From: Coriobacteriales bacterium
GTDB lineage: Bacteria; Actinomycetota; Coriobacteriia; Coriobacteriales; UMGS124
Direction: 5' to 3'
DNA length: 64,000 nt
Assembly (NCBI GenBank): GCA_048173955.1
Contig: DBEYOB010000046.1
Span: forward strand, 12,413 to 76,412
Every line of letters starts with the position of its first letter. Position 1 is the stretch's first letter. Of the stretch, positions 26,056 through 35,212 are shown piece after piece. The notes under the pieces were generated by a model that saw only the letters and a list, made by a program, of their open reading frames with translations, was not told where the DNA came from and ran no database searches. The position numbers and the translations under genes are program-made.

Positions 26056-27540
26056 TTATGCCCGTGCCCCTCTGCCGCAGCAGTTCTTGTACTTTTTGCC
26101 GCTCCCGCAGGGGCACGGCTCGTTGCGGCCGACTTTGCGCACGGTGCCGTCGGGGTTGTAGAAGGTCTTTTGACCGGTCTCGCGCTCGTGGAGCTCCTGC
26201 TCGGACCAGCCGCACAGCTGCCAGGCGGGCAGGGCGTTGTAGAGGTTGGTCGCGAGCTGCACGAGGGCCTTGGGGTCGTCGGTGGCGTCCATGAGCCCCA
26301 TGTCCTCGAGGTCGCCGGGCAGCTCGGAGACCCGGGCGCCCGTGTAGAACAGCTCGAGGATGTCCTCCATCGTGCGGTCGGCGTAGGCGTAGTCGTCATC
26401 GTCGTCGGGGACGTGCTCGTCCAGGTAGTCGCGCAGGGCAACGGCCGCCGGCATGTCGTAGAAGCCGTCGAACGCGTCGTCGCACACCAGGCCGTCGAGG
26501 GGGCGCAGCTCGCGCTTTGCCTGCTGGGCGAGCAGGTAGTCGCGGTAGACGTCGAGGTCCTCGAGGGCGTCCGGGCCGGCAAAGGCGTCCGAAAGCATGA
26601 AGTCGACCAGGTAGATGCCCTTGTCGTCGTCGCGCTCGGTCAGATCGAAGCCGTAGTCGCCCGACAGGCCGCTGCGATAGACCGCCTCGGCGAAGTCGCC
26701 GGGCTGCAGGGGGTCGTCGGCGAGCGAGCAGTACTGCCGATAGGCTGCGTCGAGGTCGACGATGCCGTAGTAGGTCGTCGCGGTTTCGGCATATGCGACG
26801 GCTCCGGCGATCTTGGCCCGCTGGGCGCGCACGGCGTCGAGGTCGACGGCGCGGATCGCCGCGGCCAGCTCGTCGGGGACCGCCGCGGTGAACGTGTCGC
26901 CCTGCTTGAACAGGAAGATGTAGGGCGGCAGGGGGACGAGGTTCGCCGAGGAGAACACCTCGCCGTCCGCCAAGTCGTCGGGCCCAAACGAGAGGGGGCC
27001 CTTGTCGACGAGCCCGACGAGGAGCTCGAACTCGAGGTCGTCGAGGTTGAGCAGGTCGTAGGAGGTCTCGTCGGCAGCCCCCGCAATCTCGTCGGCGATG
27101 CGCTGCGCCAGGTCGCCCTTGTTGAGTTTCGAGATGCCCGTCAGCCCCATTCCGCGTGCAAGCTGCTCGAGCTTGGCCTTGGGGAAGAGCGCGAACGTCT
27201 CGGCGAGGCCGGATGTCGGGGCGTGGCCGAGTGCCTCCCCGTCGAGGTGGGCGAGTAGGTTCTGCCGCGCGTCATCGGAGCGGGTGTGGCCCGCGAATGC
27301 GCCCATCGCGTCGAAGTGTTCGTTGATTGCCCGTTCGCGTTCCTCGGAGGAGAGGCCCGCCAGCACCCCGCGGTGCCAGCTGGCCGAGGGGGCGGGGTTC
27401 GCCCCGCTCGCCCCGCGGGCCAAGTGGCCCATGTGGTCCACGCTCAGCCCGGCGTTTCGCCCGGCGATGCCCGCCTCGACGTCCGCCGGCGTGACACCCG
27501 GGAAGTAGAGCAGGTTGTTGTCGTCGAACGATGCCGCCAT
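26056..27540 (-). CDS. SEC-C metal-binding-motif protein of unknown function
   Basis: 494-aa ORF with GGAGG upstream. The C-terminus GRNEPCPCGSGKKYKNCCG is a SEC-C motif. The rest of the protein is acidic and has no motif I recognise. Confidence 0.75.
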   Translation of the reverse strand: MAASFDDNNLLYFPGVTPADVEAGIAGRNAGLSVDHMGHLARGASGANPAPSASWHRGVLAGLSSEERERAINEHFDAMGAFAGHTRSDDARQNLLAHLDGEALGHAPTSGLAETFALFPKAKLEQLARGMGLTGISKLNKGDLAQRIADEIAGAADETSYDLLNLDDLEFELLVGLVDKGPLSFGPDDLADGEVFSSANLVPLPPYIFLFKQGDTFTAAVPDELAAAIRAVDLDAVRAQRAKIAGAVAYAETATTYYGIVDLDAAYRQYCSLADDPLQPGDFAEAVYRSGLSGDYGFDLTERDDDKGIYLVDFMLSDAFAGPDALEDLDVYRDYLLAQQAKRELRPLDGLVCDDAFDGFYDMPAAVALRDYLDEHVPDDDDDYAYADRTMEDILELFYTGARVSELPGDLEDMGLMDATDDPKALVQLATNLYNALPAWQLCGWSEQELHERETGQKTFYNPDGTVRKVGRNEPCPCGSGKKYKNCCGRGARA

Positions 27541-27741
27541 GGGGACCTCCGGGTGTCTGCGGGTTGTCGGGCGCGTGTGCGATGCTTGCGTGATGCCTGT
27601 GCGATGCCGAGAAGTATAGCCGACCGGAGGCCGGGAGGTGTGCCGGCGATGTGCCGGCGCGAGGCCGGTAGGCGGCGGATGTGTGGGCTGGGGCTGCCCG
27701 CTGGAAACGGCTGTGCGGGCCGGTGGGCGGCCCGCTGGAAC

Positions 27742-27867
27742 GGCCGTGCGGGCTGACGGCTGTCTAATTTCTGAAAGAGGTTGAGGGTTTGGCGGAAAAA
27801 CCGCAGGTCGCGCTATCCCAACTTGAGGGTTTTCCGAAAAGTGAACACCCTGTCAGCCCGCACAGCC
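27742..27867. repeat. R2 palindromic MITE-like element, copy c (126 bp), followed by a 44-bp tandem duplication of its right end
   Basis: The ends are GGCCGTGCGGGCTGACGG and CTGTCAGCCCGCACAGCC. About 94 percent of positions are identical to copy d by eye. The right end plus flank is duplicated (27850-27893 and 27894-27930). Confidence 0.7.
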
Positions 27868-28074
27868 GTTTTGGGCTTGCACAGCCGCCAGCCCTGTCAG
27901 CCCGCACAGCCGTTTTGGGCTTGCACGGCCGTTCGGTCCGGCCCGCACAGCCGTCGGCTCGGCCCGGCTCGCGCAGCCGTTCGACCGTGGCCCGCTCCGC
28001 ATGGCCGCTCCGCATGCGCAGCCGCCGGTCCCCCCGCTCTCCCTTCTATCCTGCCCGCCTGTGTCCCTTTCGCC

Positions 28075-29544
28075 TCACCGTACCCGACGCAGCGCGTTGC
28101 CCCTTCCGGTTCCGGCGACTTTCTCGACGCGTCCGGTTGCGAGAAGCGTGTCGACGGCGTTGCGCAGTTTGGCGGATATGCCCTTGTATCCCAATGCGTG
28201 CGCGAGTTCGGTAAGCGAGAGGGGCTCTCCGTCGAGTGCCCGCAGGATGCCGTCGAGGTAGGAGCCATCGCCTCCGGGTGCCCTTTTCGGAAGGAACGCC
28301 GGATGTGCGGGTATGGTGACCGAGAGGAAGCCGCGGTTCTCGTCCATCTCGAAGACGGGCAGAGGCGAGCCGTTGCGTTCCAGTGCCTCGAACGCATTGG
28401 GAAAGCCGGTGTTGCGTCCTTCGATGAGGTGGAGCTCTTTCAAGAAGTCTCCGATGCGGCGGTTGCGGTAAACGCGGGCGCGGATGCGGCGGCGGGCGAT
28501 GGCCTCGTCGGTGATGCTGCGGTCGAAGCCCGGGAAGCTGGTTATTTCCATGGCCGAGGGTGTGATGCGCACCGTGACGGGTTCTGCAATCTGGTACGAG
28601 CGGTGATAGACCGCGTTGGAGAGGATCTCCTCGACGGCTCGGAAGGGGTAGTTGTACACGACGTCAGCCTCCGCCTTGTCGGGATGCTTGGTTGTCTGAC
28701 GCGCGATGACGTAGTTCTCGATGAAGGAGAGTGCGTCTTTGAGCTGGCGTTGGATTGGCCCTGTGAACGTCCTTTCGAGCATGTCGGCGCCGGTGGGGTT
28801 GGGGATGTCGACGATTTCGATTCGCGCGTAGCGGAAGTAACGCTCCGGGTGCTCGGAGAACATGAGGATGCCCACGTTGCGCGGATGGAGGTCTTCGGGT
28901 GGCCCTGACACGAGCTGCAGGTTCTCGGCGAGCTCGAGCAGCCCCATGGTTTCGGAATGCCGATAGAGGTCGCTTCCGACCTCTTTAAGGTGCTCACGGA
29001 TGAGGGCGGGACTGAGCGCGTCGATTGGGGCGAGCAGGTTGGGCCGGTCGTCGAAGGGGATGTCGCTCGATGCGTAGAAGAGCTCCTTCTCTTCTTGTGG
29101 GGATGCGACGATGGTGCTGCTGAATTTGCGGATGTAATAATGCTTCTCCGACTTCTGAGAGAGCACATCCTTAGATGCCTTGTAGGGCCGCCCGTGGCCG
29201 CCGGGCACCCAGATCACAATGATGTGGACCCCGTCGAAGAGCACGGGTTCGACAACGGGGTTGTAAAGCGGCTCGATGCAATGGCAAAGACCGACCAGGC
29301 GCTTGAGGATGCCGTCGATTCGTTCCGGCTCGATGCCCTTGGGGGGAAGAACGGGCATCCCGTCGCGTTCTTCGGCCCCGATAACAAGGTAGCCGCCTCC
29401 GATGTTGTCGATGTCGTTTGCAAAGGCGCAGATGGTGTGAATGACGGGCGTTGGGTTGAAATCGGCTTTGAACTCGATGCGCGACGATTCCACGACGTGG
29501 CCGTTGACGAGATCGCCGATGTTGACGGGTATTCCCATGGTCAT
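28075..29544 (-). CDS. AlbA_2/Schlafen-like DNA-binding domain protein with ATPase-like and C-terminal wHTH regions (COG2865-type putative regulator)
   Basis: 489-aa ORF with ESSRIEFKADFNPTPVIHTICAFANDIDNIGGGYLVIGAEERDG, an AlbA_2-type motif. It also has NAVYHRSY and IEGRNTGF, which are HATPase_c_4-like. An alternative start is ATG 29536-29538, with GGAG 6 nt upstream. Confidence 0.8.
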   Translation of the reverse strand: MTMGIPVNIGDLVNGHVVESSRIEFKADFNPTPVIHTICAFANDIDNIGGGYLVIGAEERDGMPVLPPKGIEPERIDGILKRLVGLCHCIEPLYNPVVEPVLFDGVHIIVIWVPGGHGRPYKASKDVLSQKSEKHYYIRKFSSTIVASPQEEKELFYASSDIPFDDRPNLLAPIDALSPALIREHLKEVGSDLYRHSETMGLLELAENLQLVSGPPEDLHPRNVGILMFSEHPERYFRYARIEIVDIPNPTGADMLERTFTGPIQRQLKDALSFIENYVIARQTTKHPDKAEADVVYNYPFRAVEEILSNAVYHRSYQIAEPVTVRITPSAMEITSFPGFDRSITDEAIARRRIRARVYRNRRIGDFLKELHLIEGRNTGFPNAFEALERNGSPLPVFEMDENRGFLSVTIPAHPAFLPKRAPGGDGSYLDGILRALDGEPLSLTELAHALGYKGISAKLRNAVDTLLATGRVEKVAGTGRGNALRRVR

Positions 29545-29563
29545 CTCCGCACAAGACGATGGT

Positions 29564-29605
29564 TTGTCGAGTCACTCGATAAGTATATATCGAGTGACTC
29601 GACAA
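29564..29605. promoter_or_regulatory. Perfect 18-bp-arm palindrome (candidate operator) 20 bp upstream of the AlbA_2 gene start
   Basis: TTGTCGAGTCACTCGATA (29564-29581) and TATCGAGTGACTCGACAA (29588-29605) are separated by the spacer AGTATA. Further ATCGAG copies lie at 29612, 29630 and 29648. Confidence 0.5.
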
Positions 29606-29745
29606 TATCTTATCGAGTCCGGAGGCCCCATCGAGTATGCAAGGTCCCATCGAGCGTGCAGGCGTTGCCGCAGAAATCGCGCCGACGGCCGTGCTGGCTG
29701 GTGGGCGGCCCGCCGGAACGGCCGTGCAGGCTGGTCGGGCCGAAC

Positions 29746-29871
29746 GGCTGTGTGGGCTGACAGCTGTCTACTTTCTGAAAGAGGTTGAGGGTTTGGTGGC
29801 AAAACCGCAGGTCGCGCTATCCCAACTTGAGGGTTTTCCGAAAAGTGAACACCCTGTCAGCCCGCACGGCC
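29746..29871. repeat. R2 palindromic MITE-like element, copy d (126 bp), same orientation as copy c
   Basis: The ends are GGCTGTGTGGGCTGACAG and CTGTCAGCCCGCACGGCC. Its core is essentially identical to that of copy c. Confidence 0.7.
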
Positions 29872-30168
29872 GCCGACCCGGCCCGCACGGCTGTTCGGCC
29901 ACCCGTCCGCGCGGCCGTCGGCCCGGCTCGCTCGCATGGCCGGTGCAGGCTGCCGTTCGCGGAAAACTCGCTCACCGAGCAAATTCGATGAACTAACTCA
30001 TTGAACAAATTCACCGAACCGATTATAGTGTGCACGTACCGCGAGAGGCATGAGGCGGCCGCAGGCGCGTTGCGGGATTGCCGGTGTCCCTCGGGGATCC
30101 CTGCAAGGGGATGTATCGAAACCAGGGAATTGCCCCGCGGAGGGGCAGCGAACGAGAGGGGATTTGCA

Positions 30169-31518
30169 ATGAAACTGAGCCGCCGCAACTTCCTGAAGAA
30201 CGCCGCAATGGGTACCGCGGCCGCCGCGGCCGCGAGTGTGGCCGCCAGCGCCGGTGTCGCGCTGGCCGACGAGGCCGCTGCGACTTCCGACCAGCTTGTC
30301 ATGCCCGACGTGCAGCAGGCGCTCAACACCGGAGCCGACGCCGCCGCCATCCAGTGGGCCGACCAGGCCGAGGTCGTCGTCGTGGGCTGCGGCTCGGGCG
30401 GTGCCCCCGCCGCAATCGAGGCCGCCCGCGCTGGCGCCGACGTGCTCGTCATCGAGAAGATGGACTGGCTCGGCGGCTGCATGCGCCGCTGCGGCGGCGG
30501 CCTCATGGGCTGCAACACGCTCGTCCAGCAGAAGCTCGGCATCGAGGACCCGGGCACCGACGTCCTCTACGACTACATGGCCGCCTGCGCCGGCAACCAC
30601 TACGACCCCGACCTGCTCCGCACGTACGTTGAGAACGCCGGTCCGTGCGTCGACTGGGTCATCACGCCCGTCGAGGAGGGCGGCCTGGGCGGCCAGCCCC
30701 TCGAGGAGTGGGAGCTCGGCCCCGAGGACGGCATGCAGGGCATCGTGTCGCCCGGCCTCAACGTGGGCGCCCCGAGCGACGTCGAGAACAACTACTGGGA
30801 GGAACTCGGCTTCGGCTCCGACATCGAGCACCGTCGCGTGCACTGGTTCAAGTCGAACCCTGAGGACGTCGACCCCGGCGACCGTCAGTACACCGCCTAC
30901 ACTGGCAACGACTTTGGCGCCGGCTACGGCTCGGTGGGCGGCGGCGGAACCGGCCTGTGGAAGCCGTTCGAGGACGAGCTCTACAACCTCGAGAACGTCC
31001 GCATCCAGATGGAGACCACCATCAAGGGCATCATCATGAACGCTAACGGCGAGGCCATCGGCGTGAGTGTGGCCCCCACCGCCGGCGGCGACGTCTACAA
31101 CATCAAGGCCACCAAGGCCGTGATCATCGCCACGGGCACCTTCGTGTGCGACAAGGAGATGTACGAGAACTTCACCGGCAAGCCCTGGACGTACGAGGAG
31201 GACCCGCGCTCCATCGTGAACGGTAGCCCCTACAACGACTACCAGGCCGACGGCGCCGGTGTCAAAGCCCTGCTCGCTGTGGGCGTCGCCCCGCGCTACA
31301 TCATCGAGGGCAACTCGGGCGGCATGCGCATCAACAGCAACGCCCAGGCCATCAACACCTACGGCGAGATCGTCCCGCGCCTCTACATCACCTCGCGCGC
31401 CGTGGGCGGTCTGTTCGCTGAGGACCACTACCCGCAGTGCGGCGTGTTCGTGACGTCGGGCATCGTCTTCGGCCGCATCGCCGGCATCAACGCCGCTGCG
31501 CTCCCGGCTTGGGAGTAG
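30169..31518 (+). CDS. Tat-exported FAD-dependent oxidoreductase (short, 449-aa member of the flavoprotein family)
   Basis: ORF 30001..31518, with the start at ATG 30169 (GAGAGGGGA upstream). It has the signal MKLSRRNFLKNAAMGTAAAAAASVAASAGVALA, the motif AEVVVVGCGSGGAPAA and a C-terminal RLYITSRAVGG motif. Confidence 0.85.
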   Translation: MKLSRRNFLKNAAMGTAAAAAASVAASAGVALADEAAATSDQLVMPDVQQALNTGADAAAIQWADQAEVVVVGCGSGGAPAAIEAARAGADVLVIEKMDWLGGCMRRCGGGLMGCNTLVQQKLGIEDPGTDVLYDYMAACAGNHYDPDLLRTYVENAGPCVDWVITPVEEGGLGGQPLEEWELGPEDGMQGIVSPGLNVGAPSDVENNYWEELGFGSDIEHRRVHWFKSNPEDVDPGDRQYTAYTGNDFGAGYGSVGGGGTGLWKPFEDELYNLENVRIQMETTIKGIIMNANGEAIGVSVAPTAGGDVYNIKATKAVIIATGTFVCDKEMYENFTGKPWTYEEDPRSIVNGSPYNDYQADGAGVKALLAVGVAPRYIIEGNSGGMRINSNAQAINTYGEIVPRLYITSRAVGGLFAEDHYPQCGVFVTSGIVFGRIAGINAAALPAWE

Positions 31519-31653
31519 GCGTTCTGCAGCAACGGGGGCGTGTCCGATGGGTTTGCTGACCGTCGGCGCCCCCGTTTCCGCGTGGTCGGCACCTGCCGGC
31601 GCAGTCGGCTGCCGGCCGCGCCCGGTTTGTTGGAGAAGAGGGAGCGTGTCCCC

Positions 31654-32619
31654 ATGAGTATCAACGCAACAGAATCAAGACGTCTCAGACTTGCGATATG
31701 CGCCGTCGGCGGCATGCTGGTGTTGGGGCTCGCCGGCGCGGCATGCGGCATGCGGGCGATTTCGAACGCATCGGCCGAGGAGGCCGCCCAGACCCCCGCC
31801 GTTGAAGCCGCCCCTGCCGCCGACGGGTCCTCGGCTGCCGAGACGGACACCCGCCCGCAGCTCACCCCGTCGAGCGCGACGTCGCAGGCGATTTCGGAGA
31901 ACCAGCCCATCAGCGGTAACATGACGCTTCCCGGTGGGGGTGCAGCTGCGGGTGCGGGGACGGGCGGCATGCCCCAGCTCGCCGCTACGAGCGAGGGCTC
32001 GCGTGCCAACCTTGAAGGCCTGCAGGACCTCTCCTACCTGGGAGATGCTGCCTCGCAGGCTTCGACCACTGCCGGCGCCGCGTCTTCGGCCGGCTCTTCG
32101 TCTGCGCCGACCCAGACCGCATCGGCGACCGAGGACATCACCGCGCTGGTGGGCGAGTCGTTCTCGATGGACGTGGACTGCACGCTGTGCCACACGAAGG
32201 AAATCGACAACATGCAGATCGAGGGCTTTACCGGCTACAACCACAAAGACCTCACCTGCATCATGTGTCACGACGATGAGGAGTCGCTGGCTGCCGCGCA
32301 CGAGGAGTACTCCGTCCGCCAGGCGACTCGCGTGGTCGCCCTCGTGAACACCACGGTCGACGAGGAGCTGTGCTTCTCGTGCCATGGCGACCGCGAGGCC
32401 CTGATTGCCGCCACCGCCGACTCGACCGTGCTTGTGGACGAGAACGGCACGCAGGTCAACCCTCACGACCTGCCTGCCGGCGACCAGCATGCCAGCATTA
32501 CCTGCGGCTCGTGCCACAAGATGCACAATGACCTGACGACCCAGCAGACGGCGCAAAACACGTGCCTCACCTGCCACCACGCCAACGTGTACGAGTGCAA
32601 CACCTGCCATGTTGCGTAA
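31654..32619 (+). CDS. Membrane-anchored multiheme cytochrome c (six CXXCH motifs)
   Basis: ORF 31540..32619, with the start at ATG 31654. It has the N-terminal TM helix LAICAVGGMLVLGLAGAAC and an Ala/Ser/Pro-rich linker. The heme motifs are CTLCH, CIMCH, CFSCH, CGSCH, CLTCH and CNTCH. Confidence 0.85.
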   Translation: MSINATESRRLRLAICAVGGMLVLGLAGAACGMRAISNASAEEAAQTPAVEAAPAADGSSAAETDTRPQLTPSSATSQAISENQPISGNMTLPGGGAAAGAGTGGMPQLAATSEGSRANLEGLQDLSYLGDAASQASTTAGAASSAGSSSAPTQTASATEDITALVGESFSMDVDCTLCHTKEIDNMQIEGFTGYNHKDLTCIMCHDDEESLAAAHEEYSVRQATRVVALVNTTVDEELCFSCHGDREALIAATADSTVLVDENGTQVNPHDLPAGDQHASITCGSCHKMHNDLTTQQTAQNTCLTCHHANVYECNTCHVA

Positions 32620-32765
32620 GGCCATGCGCGCGTGAGCCACGGCGCAGCAAGTCGTGGCGTCGCAGCGAGTTGTAGTGCGGGAATGTAATCCGCAACGCGA
32701 CCGTCGAAGCAGGCGGTCGCGTTGCGCTATCCTTGCCAGTGCCGCACGACAGAAAGGACGCCCCC

Positions 32766-33455
32766 ATGATGACCTCCCGACAGAAACGCGCCCAGCAGAC
32801 GCGCGCCAACCTGTTGGAGGTAGGTGCCCGGCTCATTGAGGAGCGGGGGTACGAGAGCGTCTCCATCAAGGACATCGTGGAGGCGGCGGGTGTGTCGGTC
32901 GGCACGTTCTACCATTACTTCGACTCGAAGGGCGTGCTCTACTACGCCTACATCGACCAGTACTTCGTATCGCTGCGGGAGGGCCTGGTCAACAACATGG
33001 ACCGTCCGCCTCTCGAGAATCTGGGGCTGTATGTCGACGGCCTGCTCGAGACAATCGAAACGGCGGGGCCTGAGTACGTGTCGCATTGGTTGAGCCATAC
33101 GGCCGACGCGGAGTATCACCGGCAGATTGGCTACGAAGGCGATGTGAGCCTTATCCACGCATCGCACATCCGCGACTGCATCGACGCGTACGTCGAGCGC
33201 GGGGTGCTGAGACCCGGTGTGCGTTCGGCGGTGATCGCCGAGACGGTCATGACGTTGTTCTACGGCATCGACGTGCGCTACTGCATGAGCGGCGGGACGC
33301 TCTCGCTTGAGGCGTGGGGTCGCAACATCAAGTCGTTCCTCTACAAGAACATCGTGCCGTTCATGGCGGAGCCGCCTGCGGAGTCTCCGCACGACTATGA
33401 CCCCGATGTCTATCTGGACACGGGCGAGGATGGGCCGGGCGTCGCGCAGCCCTGA
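32766..33455 (+). CDS. TetR/AcrR-family transcriptional regulator
   Basis: ORF 32733..33455, with the start at ATG 32766 (GAAAGGA upstream). The N-terminal HTH is RANLLEVGARLIEERGYESVSIKDIVEAAGVSVGTFYHYFDSK. Confidence 0.85.
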   Translation: MMTSRQKRAQQTRANLLEVGARLIEERGYESVSIKDIVEAAGVSVGTFYHYFDSKGVLYYAYIDQYFVSLREGLVNNMDRPPLENLGLYVDGLLETIETAGPEYVSHWLSHTADAEYHRQIGYEGDVSLIHASHIRDCIDAYVERGVLRPGVRSAVIAETVMTLFYGIDVRYCMSGGTLSLEAWGRNIKSFLYKNIVPFMAEPPAESPHDYDPDVYLDTGEDGPGVAQP

Positions 33456-33523
33456 GATGCATGCGGGCCGGCGGGCGATCCACCGGAACGGCTGTGCGGG
33501 CTGGTGGGCGGCCCGTTGGAAAC

Positions 33524-33649
33524 GGCTGTGCGGGCTGACAGGGCGTTCACTTTTCGGAAAACCCTCAAGTTGGGATAGCGCGACCTGCGGTTTTGTCACC
33601 AAACCCTCAGCCTCTTTCAGAAATTAGACAGCTGTCAGCCCGCACAGCC
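33524..33649. repeat. R2 palindromic MITE-like element, copy e (126 bp), inverted relative to copies c and d
   Basis: It is the reverse complement of the copy c/d core, flanked by GGCTGTGCGGGCTGACAG and CTGTCAGCCCGCACAGCC. Confidence 0.7.
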
Positions 33650-33914
33650 GTCAGCTCAGCCCGCACGGCCGTTCGGCCCGGCCCGCACAGCCGTCAGCCC
33701 GGCCCGCCCGACCTCCGGTCTGCAGGTGGGCCATGCGGCCAGCCGTCGCCGGAGGTGCCTCGCCTTCCGGCGGCATTTTCTGGACGGCAGGGTCTTCAGG
33801 GCGGCCCTTATGCCATCATATGGCGCATGGGCGACCCGGCCGCCGCCATCGCTGCCCTGGCGCCCGGATTGTCCTGCTGCACGCGTCCGCGCACGAGGAG
33901 AGGAAGCGACCCCT

Positions 33915-35066
33915 ATGACCGATACGACCGCCGCATCGGAGAGCGCCCCCATGAAGCGCTTCGGTTTCGGCTGCATGCGCCTGCCGGTGACCGACGAGAA
34001 CGACCAGACCACGTTCGACATGCCCCAGATCGAGCAGATGGTCGACGAGTTCCTCGCCGCCGGCTTCACCTACTTCGACACCGCCTACATCTACCACGGC
34101 CGCGAGGGCGAGAACGCCGTGCGCCGCGCGCTCGTCGAGCGCCACCCGCGCGAGGCGTTCGTGCTGGCCGACAAGCTCCCCACGATGTCGCTCAAGGAAG
34201 AGGGCGACCAGGAGCGCATCTTCGAGGAGCAGCTGGCCAAGTGCGGCGTGGAGTACTTCGACTACTACCTGCTGCACCACCTGGGCGGCCTGTTCTACAA
34301 GAACGCCGCCAAGTTCGACTCCTTCTCGTTCATCCGCCGGCTCAAGGAGGAGGGCAAAGTCCGCAACATCGGCTTCTCCTACCACCACGACCCGGCCTTC
34401 CTCGACCAGCTGCTGACCGAGCATCCCGAGGTCGACTTCGTGCAGCTGCAGATCAACTACCTCGACTGGGAGGACCCGGCCGTCCAGTCGCGCGCCTGCT
34501 GGGAGATCGCGCGCAAGCACGGCAAGCCGATTGTGGTCATGGAGCCCGTCAAGGGCGGCGGCCTGTCGCAGCTTCCCCCCGAGGCCGTCGAGCTGCTGCG
34601 CGAGGCCGACCCGGACGCCTCGCCCGCGTCGTGGGCCCTGCGCTTCGCGGCCGGCGTCGAGGGCGTGATGATGGTGCTGAGCGGCATGTCGACCATCGAC
34701 CAGCTGCGCGACAACGTCGCCACGATGGGCGACTTCAAGCCGCTGACCGACGACGAGCACGCCCTGCTGCGCGCGGTGGCCGACATCGTGCACAACCAGA
34801 CGGTCGTGCCCTGCACGGCGTGCCGCTACTGCGTCGACTCCTGCCCCAAGGGCATCGCCATCCCCGAGTACTTCGCGCTGCTCAACGCTGACAAGCGCAT
34901 GGTGAGCCAGGGCTTCTCCACGCAGCGCATCTTCTACCGCAACCTCATGAACGCCCACGGCAAGGCGTCGGAGTGCATCGGGTGCCGCCGCTGCGAGCGT
35001 ATGTGCCCGCAGGGCATCCACATCCCCGAGGAGCTCAAGAAGGTCGTTGCTGCGTTCGAGGGGTAG
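33915..35066 (+). CDS. Aldo/keto reductase with C-terminal 4Fe-4S dicluster domain
   Basis: ORF 33726..35066, with the start at ATG 33915 (AGGAGAGGAAG upstream). The AKR motifs are FGFGCMRLP and FDTAYIYHGREGE. The C-terminal Cys clusters are CTACRYCVDSCP and CIGCRRCERMCP. Confidence 0.85.
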   Translation: MTDTTAASESAPMKRFGFGCMRLPVTDENDQTTFDMPQIEQMVDEFLAAGFTYFDTAYIYHGREGENAVRRALVERHPREAFVLADKLPTMSLKEEGDQERIFEEQLAKCGVEYFDYYLLHHLGGLFYKNAAKFDSFSFIRRLKEEGKVRNIGFSYHHDPAFLDQLLTEHPEVDFVQLQINYLDWEDPAVQSRACWEIARKHGKPIVVMEPVKGGGLSQLPPEAVELLREADPDASPASWALRFAAGVEGVMMVLSGMSTIDQLRDNVATMGDFKPLTDDEHALLRAVADIVHNQTVVPCTACRYCVDSCPKGIAIPEYFALLNADKRMVSQGFSTQRIFYRNLMNAHGKASECIGCRRCERMCPQGIHIPEELKKVVAAFEG

Positions 35067-35212
35067 GAGTGTCGCGGCGACCTGCCCCCGTCGCTTGCGG
35101 ACGGGTTGTCGTGACGTCGGGCCGGCATGCGAGATGCCGGGCCGGCATGGGGGCGCCCCGAGCTGCGCGGCTTCGGGGCGCCCCTTGCCGTGCGGGCAAA
35201 TCGCCCAGTTGT

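Noticed and set aside
35150-35186. Hairpin GGGGCGCCCCG / CGGGGCGCCCC after the aldo/keto reductase gene as a terminator
   Set aside because: The stem is good but only TT follows it, and the arm is itself self-palindromic. It is too weak to annotate.
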